From positions 8,122,001-8,186,000 of the forward strand of contig NC_043002.1 in the NCBI RefSeq assembly GCF_006345805.1: DNA of 64,000 nucleotides, written 5' to 3'. Below are positions 24,135 to 33,900 of this stretch, piece by piece. A model generated the notes under the pieces. The model worked only from the letters and a program-made list of their open reading frames with translations. It was not told where the DNA came from and made no database searches. The DNA comes from Octopus sinensis (lineage: Eukaryota). Each line of letters starts with the position of its first letter. The stretch's first letter is position 1. A program made the translations under genes and the position numbers.

Positions 24135-24650
24135 CCACAGTGGTTCACTGCATCCCAAGAAGTTTCGGACCCAGAAGTCAGCTGGAAAGATACAGGCTAC
24201 AGTGTTCTGGGGCAAGACAGAATCTCCTCAGGAAATACTTGCCAAAAGGTCGCTCCATCAACACAGTATGTATGTCTCTGTTGGACGAACTGCGTGAAGC
24301 TTTGAAGTAGAAACGCCGTGAAAAGCTGAGCCGTGATGTCCTGTTTTCGCAGGACGATACACCAGTATACACAACACATGAATCTCTACAAAAAATACAT
24401 GACTTTGGCTTCGAAGTGGTAGACCACCCACCCACCTAACTCTCCCGATTTGGCCCCCTCCGACTATCACCTCTTTCCACCACTGAAGAAACATCTCAAG
24501 GGAACAAAATTTCACTCCAATTCAGAAGTGGTCACTACAGAGGGCCTGGTTGGAGGACCAACCTTCCAAGTTCTTTTTACAGGGGTTGGAAAAATTAAAG
24601 GACACCTGCAACAGGTGTGCTAATCTGAGAGGGGAATGGGCTCAATAAAT
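24135..24650 (+). mobile_element. Mariner transposase C-terminal (DDD) fragment, pseudogene
   Basis: ATVFWG, YLPKGRSIN, LFSQDD, SPDLAPSDYHLFPPLKKHLKG, RC..LRGE motifs with stops and frameshifts. Confidence 0.9.
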
Positions 24651-24949
24651 TCATAATTAACTGATGCTCCTGTATTTTCTTTTACTTAATGCCAAGAACT
24701 TTTCAGCACCCATTCATATATATTTCTTTATTGCCCACAAGGGGCTAAACATAGAGGGGACGAACAAAGGGATTAAGTCGATTACATCGCCCCCCCATGG
24801 CGAAAGTGGTACTTTATTTATCGACCCCGAAAAGATGAAAGGCAAAGTCGGCCTCGGCAGAATTTGAACTCAGAACGTAACGACAGACGAAATACGGCTA
24901 CGCATTTCGCCCGGCGTGCTAACGATTCTGCCAGCTCGCCGCCTTAATA

Positions 24950-25145
24950 CGTACATATATCACGACTTTGCAAAAGCCTTTGATAAAGTCGACCCTGGCG
25001 TTATATGTCACAAGCTGCGAGATCTTGGCATAGTCGGGAAACTTGGAGACTGGCTGGACAAGTTTTTAAAAGATAGAAATCAGGCACTGATAGTCAATGG
25101 AGCCATCTCTAAGGAAACACAAATAATGAGTACTGTTCCCCAGTG
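24950..25145 (+). mobile_element. Short CR1/L2-type RT fragment
   Basis: YHDFAKAFDKVDPGVICHKLRDLGIVGKLGDWLDKFLKDRNQ...VPQ. Confidence 0.8.
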
Positions 25146-26060
25146 GCCCTCTCAGACATGCCCTCAGCTGCTCAGTAACGACTGGTCGTCTTACCTATCG
25201 AGTCCTGTGCTTTGATTGGTTGAATATTGCGCGTATCGAGTATTGCAAAGATCCAGTCACGTTGCACAGAATACATTTTCAAACAACTAATCTGAATGCG
25301 CATTGGAGCCGACCCTCCTTCTAGAAATAGGGGTAACAAATCATCTATGAGCAGAGGAGTGAGCGATTTTCATGAAGGCGAGTCATTTTATTTTCCTGCC
25401 GTTATTCATCATCATCATCATCATCATCGTTTAACGTCCGCTTTTCATGCTAGCATGGGTTGGATGATTTTGACTGAGGGATAGCGAACCAGATGGCTGC
25501 ACCAGGCTTCAGTCTTGATCTGGCAGAGTTTCTACAGCTGGATACCCTTCCTAACGCCAAAAACTCCGAGAGTGTAGTGGGTGCTTTTTACGTGGGGGCC
25601 AGTCAGGCGGTACTGGCAACGACCTCGCTCGAATCCTTTTACATAAGCCACCAGCACAGGTGCCAGTAGGGCGATGCTAGTAACGATCACGCTCGAATGG
25701 TGCCCTTTTACGTGCCACTGGCACGGAAGCCAGATGGCTGCTCTGGCAACGATCTGGCTGCTCAGCACATGTAACCAACAACGGACCTGGCTGAATTATC
25801 CAAATAATGGATGAACTATACAGCCACCAGAATTTGTGATGTTTTCTTTGTACTATTTAACAGAGGAATAGTCTCGCTGTTGTTTTTGAAGTTCGTTTCT
25901 TGTATTATTTCCACAAGTGAACACACAACATATATAATGGTAAGCAAGATTCTGTAGTAAAGCCAAGGGAGACTTTACAGTACACCGTTAAAACTAGGCA
26001 GACGACACAAAAATCTCTGAGGATACAGAATCCTGGAGATATTACACACCCTCAACAGGG

Positions 26061-26481
26061 CTATGAATTATATGCAAATAGAGTGAAAACTTTGTTACGT
26101 TTATATATTTGTTTTGCAAGATTTTTTATTTGAAATCGTATGTTGAAACAGATATTGTTGTATTTAAGAATGGTCATTTTGCCAGTTTAGCCAATAAAAA
26201 CACACGCACTATATATTTGGTGTTAATTTGCTTCAGCTTTATTTATTTTTTTACATTAATCTTAATCTTATTTCGGCCAGAGTTCTTTCGTCACACTCCT
26301 GTGACCGCATCAGTGGTCTTTTGCTTTCTGGCCGAACTAAGATTAAGATTAATGTAAAAAATAAATAACCCTGAAGCAAGTTAACACCAAATATATAGTG
26401 TGTGTATTTTTATTGGCTAAACTGGCAAAATGACCATTCCGAAATACAACAGAGTGAAAACTATTTGCATATAATTCATAG
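26061..26481. repeat. Nested palindrome: 359-bp foldback insert with 12-bp TSD inside a 21-bp-arm hairpin
   Basis: AGAGTGAAAACT at 26080-26091 and 26451-26462; inner arms 26155-26280 and 26326-26450; outer arms CTATGAATTATATGCAAATAG at 26061-26081 and its reverse complement at 26461-26481. Confidence 0.9.
26275..26318 (-). ncRNA. Hammerhead-like motif HH3 at palindrome apex
   Basis: GACCA-CUGAUGCG-GUCAC-AGGAGU-GUGAC-GAAA-GAAC-UC/-UGGCC; perfect stem II, but A9 replaced or an extra nucleotide present. Confidence 0.55.
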
Positions 26482-27922
26482 AGCAGGAACTTTTCAGCAC
26501 CCTCCCGTCAGCACCTGTGAGTTGTTGGTCCTATCTTGTAGCGCACTGAGGTAAAGAAAACTTTAGAGTTTGACTTAATCATTTTTATAACCCAGACTTC
26601 TTTTTCATGGGATTGTTGCAGATGTATCTCGATCTCCATCAGTGTCGTTTTCAAGCGGGACTTTCACTTTCACTTTCGAGATGTTTGTTCAAGCTGTTTG
26701 CAATCTTAGTTCATCGTCTCACAGAGCAGCACACATGAAAGTAAATTACATTTTAAAAGCAGTTCTAGTAATGTATCCACTATCACATATACACGGTGTA
26801 TTTTGTTCATATGCTGAATTTGCAACTGGATATGGGATGGCTCCTTCCACAATTCATAATTTAATTTACTTTCACATTTACTACAGCTGTGGTAGATTTT
26901 AAACCCCACTTGTTGCGTTGTTCTTTTTAAAATGTATGCTAAACCTGAAACCAACCCTGGGTCGGATGTAGTTTTTGTTGGATTTAGCATCACACACACA
27001 CGGCAAGCCAAATGAGACCATAATCTCGTGGCCTATGCCAGGGGCGTTACCAGCCCACTTATGCATACCTTTTCCTTGTTTGGACACTAAAACTCTGCTT
27101 GCGAAGACCTGTTGAGGCAAGTGAAATCAAAATTAAAATCAAGTTCGATAACTGGCATCCATGCTAGCGGGGTGCAGAGAGCACCATACGAGTGTGATCA
27201 TTGACAGAGCAGCTAACAGACTTCCGTGCCAGTGGCACTTAAAAGGCACCATTCGAGCGTGATCGTTACCAGCGCCGCATTACTGGCACTCAAGCCCCGT
27301 GGAAGTAGGGTATTAAGAGCACCATCCAAGCGTGATCATTGCCAGAACAGCTATCTGGCTTCCGTCCCGGTGGCACGTAAAAGACACCATTCGAGCGTGA
27401 TCGTTACCAGCATCGCCTTACTGGTACCTGTGCGGGTGGCATGTGTAAAAGATTCGAGCAAGGTCGTTGCCAGTACCGCCTGACTGGCCCCATGTCGTTG
27501 GCACATAAAAAACACCCACTACACTCTCGGAGTGGTTGGCATTAGGAAGGGCATCCAGCTGTAGAAACTCTGCCAGATCAGACTGGAGTCTGGTTCGCCA
27601 GACCTCAGTCATTCGTCCAACCCATGCTAGCATGGAAAGCAGACGTTAAACGACGATGATGATGATGACTGCCAAACAGAAACACACATAGATACATATA
27701 CACACACATACCTGCAATATACTACCAACAAATGACACTTAATGGTTGTTTTACCTTCTGTGAACTCAATGTTGTGATACCCAGCCAGCGCTGGTGTCCT
27801 ACTTGTTGACACGCTTACATTCTAATGAATTTTTAATTCTCTCTCTCTCTCTCTCCTTATTCTTCTATTCTTTTAGATGTTTCAGCCCCAAGGCTGTGGC
27901 CATGTTGGAGCACCACCAGCAG

Positions 27923-28008
27923 AAATATGAAACACTTCATGGAATGTGCATGTCATCCTTGCACAAGGGCCATGCTAATCTTTTCTGTATTGCTTCAGTT
28001 TTAGTGTG
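27923..28008 (-). pseudogene. RNU6 (pseudogene): U6 snRNA pseudogene lacking the 5' stem-loop
   Basis: Minus strand CTAAAACTGAAGCAATACAGAAAAGATTAGCATGGCCCTTGTGCAAGGATGACATGCACATTCCATGAAGTGTTTCATATTT aligns to the conserved metazoan U6 body. ACAGAGA box is mutated to ACAGAAA, with several CpG-type transitions. Confidence 0.92.
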
Positions 28009-28590
28009 CCTCCCAACCACATAGTTCCGGTTTCAGTCCCACTGCGTGGCACCTTGGGCAGGTGTCTTCTACTATAGCTTAGGGTCAACCAGAGCCTTGT
28101 GAGTGGATTTGGTAGATGGAGACTGAATATATACATACGTGGTACCTGTGCCGGTGGCACGTAAAAAGCACCCACTACACTCATGGAGTGGTTGGCGTTA
28201 GGAAGGGCATCCAGCTGTAGAAACACTGCCAGATCAGACTGGAGCCTGGTGCAGCCATCTGGTTTGCCAGCCCACAGTCAAACCGTCCAACCCATGCTAG
28301 CATGGAAAGTGCACGTTAAACGATGATGATGATGATGATGATGATGATATATTTATATAAATAAGGATAAAATCGTTAATTTAAATATCAATCTCATCAA
28401 GTGGCCAGCATGGGAATAAAAACCTTCAAAGGTAATAATTACTATTAAAATTATAATTTAGGGTGCCTAAGAGATACCGCCACGCTGGATATAGCAGCCA
28501 AAACCTGACTCTAAAACCACATTAAATATTCATACAGCACTAGGAGAGAAGACAAAAAGACAAAATAAACTAGCAACAAATTACTGGATA

Positions 28591-28648
28591 ATTCCAGATC
28601 CCAGATTTCTGACTCCGCATAAGAAATGCTTTGCCTCTTCAGTGGAAT
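28591..28648 (-). ncRNA. Minimal type-I hammerhead ribozyme candidate HH4
   Basis: AUUCCA-CUGAAGA-GGC-AAA-GCAU-UUCUU-AUGC-GGA-GUC-A-GAAA-UC-UGG-GA-UC/-UGGAAU; 6-bp stem I, AUC site, one extra A before GAAA. Confidence 0.65.
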
Positions 28649-29042
28649 ACACGCAGAAAGTAACATAAATACATACATATATATATATATATAACATACG
28701 AATACTTACATATATGAACGTATACATACATATATATGCACGTATGCAACACAACCAGTTTAAATTGCCCACCTTGTAATTCCTTGTGCGATGTGGTTAA
28801 AACATCACCGCAGTAAATACAATGACGAAATAAATTTAAAATTTATATAAATAAGGATGAGATCGTTAACTTAAATATCGATCTTATCAAGTGGCCAGCA
28901 TGGGAATAAAAACCTTCAAAGGTAATAATTATTATTAAAATTATAATTTTGGGTATCTAAGAGATACCGCCACGCTGGAAATAGCAGCCATACATACATG
29001 CATGCATGCATGCATGCATGCATGCATACATACATACATACA

Positions 29043-29074
<32 letters not shown>

Positions 29075-29946
29075 GGTATGTACTTATGTGTCTGTGTTTG
29101 TCCCCCGACCATCGCTTGACACCAATGTTGGTAAGTTTAAACCCCCATAACTTAGTGGTTCAGCAAAAGCAACCAATAGAATAAGTACTAGGCTTACAAA
29201 GAATAAGTCCTGTGGTTGATTTTTTTCGACTAAAGGCAGTGCTCCAGCATGGCTTCAGTCAAATGACTGAAACGAGTATACACACACACACACACACCAT
29301 GCTGAAATAATCTACAGGAAAACTATGAAATAGGTTTAATCCTTCCAGTGGTTTAACTGAGCTGGGAATATCACTTCCAAGTTATGAAAATTTTGAAGTG
29401 AGGCAAAAATCAAGTCAAAATTTTAAAAGTGTCGAGACACAAAATAAAATGAATGCTTTTCAAATACAAAATTGGAAAACTAATATCATAATAAAATTTA
29501 ATAATAAAGAGTGAAATTTTTTTATCACTGAAATTAAAATTTCAATTATTTTGAATTAAAAAAAAATATTTTCAGAAAGATTATAAACCATCTTGAATCA
29601 AAATTACCATCCACGATTGTTGTACCATAACAATACATATTCACAATTTATTGATGAATAGTAGCCCTTACTTTATCAAGTTATGTATATAACATTTTAA
29701 TACAAATTTATCACCTTTGTTGTTAGACATTTCAATATCGTGACAGCATTTTCCTTCCTCTAAAACCCGATTATAATGTAAAAACAATATTAAAAAGAAA
29801 AAAGTTCGTTGAAAATGAAGATTAAAACACCAAAATAAAAATCTAATAAATACAAGAAGCCTTGAAATTTCTTAATAATAATAATAATAATAATAATAAT
29901 TTCAATCTGAAGGAAATTTGAGATGGTATACTTCCAAAGATGTCCA

Positions 29947-30365
29947 AAGTTTTAACAAAGAAAGTCCATTGTTTCAACAGGGGAAGTTCAATAATGTTTC
30001 AACAGGGAAAGTCCATTGTCTCAACAAGGAAAGTCCATTGTCTCAACAGGGAAAGTCCATTGTCTCAACAGGGAAAGTTCATTGTCTCAACAGGGAAAGT
30101 CCATTGTCTCAACAAGGAAAGTCCATTGTCTCAACAGGGAAAGTCCATTGTCTCAACAAGGAAAGTCCATTATCTCAACAGGGAAAGTCCATTGTTTCAA
30201 CAGGGAAAGTTCATTGTCTCAACAGGAAAAGTCCATTGTCTCAACAAGGAAAGTCCATTGTCTCAACAGGGAAAGTCCATTGTCTCAACAGGGAAAGTCT
30301 ATTGTTTCAACGGGGAAAGTCCATTGTTTCAACAAAGAATGTTCAAGGTTTCAGCAGGGAAAGTG
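29947..30365 (+). repeat. 22-bp minisatellite (GAAAGTCCATTGTCTCAACAGG), about 19 units
   Basis: Direct tandem units with no spacers and degenerate ends. The unit has no + strand stop codon, so all three + frames are open. Confidence 0.95.
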
Positions 30366-30626
30366 CAAAACTTCGAAAGAGTAGCACTCCTAAATTGTTT
30401 CGCATTTTTTTCTTTTGATTGGGATGTTATCTCCACTTTAATTCTTTTTTTTTTTTACTTGTGTACAAAATAAACGCACTTTCTTTTTTCTCTCTCTTTC
30501 TTTGAGTGCAGAGTCTGCCGAGAAGAAAAGACTGGAACAAGAAAAAAAAAAAGTCAAGAAAGTGATTGAGAGAGAAAGAGAGTTTAACACAAAGTCTGAG
30601 GAGATTACCGAGCCGGAAATATTATA

Positions 30627-30632
30627 TTTATT
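30627..30632 (-). terminator. Candidate MVD polyadenylation signal (AATAAA)
   Basis: tttatt on the + strand about 110 nt downstream of the MVD stop. A second AATAAA near 29645-29650 could serve a longer 3' UTR. Confidence 0.5.
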
Positions 30633-30743
30633 CCATTCTCTTACAATTGAAAAGAGAAATAATATGTCATAATTAAATGCATCTTTTGTTGAAATAAATG
30701 ACTTGCAATGTTGGCAGCTGTACATAATAACCACTTGAATCAT

Positions 30744-30824
30744 TCATCGACATCGTTTGGGGTAACCTTTGTCATTTAGCAAGCAGTGTTCACTCCCTTC
30801 CAGTTTATGAGGGCCAACTCCAAC
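30744..30824 (-). CDS. MVD: MVD exon 11 ([26 protein letters not shown])
   Basis: Acceptor tgtttccttgtag; VGxGP...LL..xGxPK C-terminal pattern; TGA at 30746-30744. Confidence 0.93.
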   Translation of the reverse strand, partial: VGVGPHKLEGSEHCLLNDKGYPKRCR

Positions 30825-30916
30825 CTACAAGGAAACAAGAATATATTGTTATAGTAAGGATAGTGTTATAATAGACCCAACATTTTATATACTGTGAGAG
30901 AAAGTGTATTTGTGCA

Positions 30917-30948
<32 letters not shown>

Positions 30949-33900
30949 CAGTATAGAAAGAAGGAAGAGGCACAGAAACAAAGAGTGTGCTAAAGAATTT
31001 TGTAAATTCATTCTTTCCCCTCTCTCTCTCTTTCGGAGAGGCACTGAGCAGCTACACGCACACATACACACACGGCAGTAACTTCCACCTACCAAATTCA
31101 ATCACAAAGCTTCGGTCGACTCGGGGCTATAGCGGAAGACACCTACCCAAAGTGCCACGCAGTGGGACTGAACCCCAAACCATGTAGTTGGGAAGCAAGT
31201 TCCCTAACCACACAGCCATGCCCCTTCTTATGAAACCAGTGGAGTACTCGTCCACTAGCCAAAAGATTAACCCTTTAGTGTTTAAACTGGCCATATCCGG
31301 CCCAAATAATCTACCTGTTTTCTTTTAAAACCAACCTATAATGTCATTCTAAAAACAGGTGATAACATCATCGAAATCTTAAAGCTACGAAATAATGCAT
31401 GATTAGCTTAAAACAATATGGATGAATAAATATAATATTTGACAGAATAATCTGAATGCTAAAGGGTTAAACAGATTATTTCCAGTTATCAAACACTGGC
31501 TGAAACAGCCCAGTCCACCTAGCTGCACATAGGATCCATCAGAAGGAGCAACTGCTGTAAAGCATGATTGTACAATATACTGTGCCGATCTGATCTGAAG
31601 TTCATTTAACCCTTTAGCATTTAAACCGGCCATATACGGCCAAAAGTATTCTGCCTCTTTTATGTTCAAACTGGCCAGATCTGGTCTCTCACACAAACCC
31701 TACAATATCGTTTTAAAAATTAACAGCTACCTCATCAAAATTTCATCACTACAAGATAATGCAGGATTAGTTCAAAACAATGTGGATGAAAAAGGATTAA
31801 CTTTGGCAGAATAATGCGAACACTAAAGGGTTAAAGAGTGCTTTGTTGCTAAGAAGGGTTTGTTGACTCCTTAGATAGCGCATAACTTTAGGCCAATACT
31901 CAATGATGAACTACTTAATAATACACAATTTCAGCTGGGTGAACTGGGGACATGAAATTAAGCACTTTACCTAAGGACACCAAACATATATACTTGTAAT
32001 CCGGAGTCCACCAGCCAATCCACGATGCCACAGAGATGCACTGACTTCATCTATTGCTTTATTTCTGTGTCGGTGGCACGTAAAAACCACCAACTGATCA
32101 TGGCCGTTTCCAGCCTCCCTTGGCACCTGTGCCGGTGGCACGTAAAAAACACCCACTACACTCACGGAGTGGTTGGTGTTAGGAAGGGCATCCAGCTGTA
32201 GAAACAATGCCAGATTAGACTAGAGCCTGGTGTATATATACATATATACGACAGGCTTCTTTCAGTTTCCGTCTACCAAATCCACTCACAAGGCTTTGGT
32301 TGGCCCGAGGCTATAGTAGAAGACACTTGCCCAAGGTGCCACGCAGTGGGACTTGGGACTGAACCCAGAACCATGTGGTTGGTAAGCAAGCTACTTACCA
32401 CACAGCCACTCCTACACCTGATGGTTTCTTATAACTGTAGAAATATTTATGTGACTAATATTTTTTCTCTGCTACATACTCATTTCTTCTAAATATATCG
32501 AATGCATTAAAAAGCAAACATTGAGTCAACTAGTACAGTGTCTCTTTGAAAGAAATTCTGAATTTTTGTGAAATAAAATACCATAAAAATAGAATTTTAA
32601 ATAGAGATGCTATTCACTATTTTCAAAATTATGTATTTTTCTTTTATGAACTAATTTTTTTTCCAAAATTTTTATTTCATTAAGTTCAGGGTGGTGGAGT
32701 ACATCAGCAAAATACAGGTCTGGACTCGAATATATTGAGAAAAAATATATAATTGGGTCAATGCCAAAAATATGCTTGCAAAGTGCTAAACTAGCATATA
32801 TACATTAGTTTCACACTGATAAATCTTTAACCCTTTCATTACCGTATTTATTTTGAGATGCTCTCTGTTTCTTTCCATTAATTTTAAATATAACAAAGAA
32901 TTTAGAAAAACAACTTGGTTATCATTAAGTTAGTGTTAGGAACATAAATTGTGACTAAGGTTTGATGAAAGATTTTAATTCAAAATTTCTGAAAACAAGA
33001 CCTTTGTACTACAGAGCCAGAGGCGGTTTCAGCTGGGTTGGTATCGAAAGGGTTAAAGAATTCAACTATCAACTGTGATGTTCTAAGAGCAGAATAAAAG
33101 AAAATAACTTACACTTGTATAAATGACATAATGGATCGAATCCGGCATCACTCCTATGGAAATGTTCAATACGTCTTCCTAAAAGAGGAAAAAAGATATA
33201 CATAATAATAATATATACATAATAATAAGGCAAGTGAAATTAAAATCAAAATCAAAGTGAAATTCGATGACGGGCACGAGCACCATACAAGCGTGACCAT
33301 TGACAGAGCGGCTAACTGGCTTCCGTGCCGGTGGCACATAAAAGGGCACCATTTGAGTGGGATCGTTACCAGCACCGCTTTACTGGCACATGTAAAAAGA
33401 TTCGAGCGAGGTTGTTGCCAGTACCGCCTGACTGGCCCCCGTGCCGGTGGCATGTAAACGCACCCACTACACTCTCGGAGTGGTTGGCGTTAGGAAGGGC
33501 ATCCAGCTGTAGAAACTCTGCCAAATCAAGATTGGAGCCTGGTGCAGCCATCTGGTTCGCCAGCCCTCAGTCAAACCGTCCAACCCATGCTAGCATGGAA
33601 AGCAGACGTTAAACGATGATGATGATGATGAATAATGGTTTTAAATTTTCATGCAAGGCAAGCAATTTCAGGGGGTGGGGGGTAAGTCGATCACATTGAC
33701 CCCAGGGCTCAACTGATACTGCCAAGAATTTTGCCCAATGTGGTAAAAATTCAGCCAAATCTTCGCCTTAATAATAACAATAATAATAATAATAATAATA
33801 ATATCAGCTAGAAATGAATTAGAAGTAGCAAGCATATTCTCTAAAGAAATAATTTGAAATCATTTCACAAAGATAAACGGATTTTTTCGGTTTGAACGGC

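Noticed and set aside
25200-25380. CCAAT/TGCGCA-containing segment as a promoter
   Set aside because: No associated gene start; such short motifs are expected by chance among repeat fragments.
26560-26760. Minus-strand EIEIHLQQSHEKE..IKMIKSNSK as a host exon
   Set aside because: It resembles the LINE endonuclease-RT linker and has stops; probably a retroelement scrap, too weak to list as a feature.
29947-30365. 22-bp array as a CRISPR array
   Set aside because: Units are contiguous with no unique spacers, there are no cas genes, and the context is eukaryotic.
33166-33612. Recurrent ORFs such as [32 protein letters not shown] as a multigene peptide family
   Set aside because: They are chance frames in the RTE 3' UTR repeat, appear on both strands and are broken differently in each copy.
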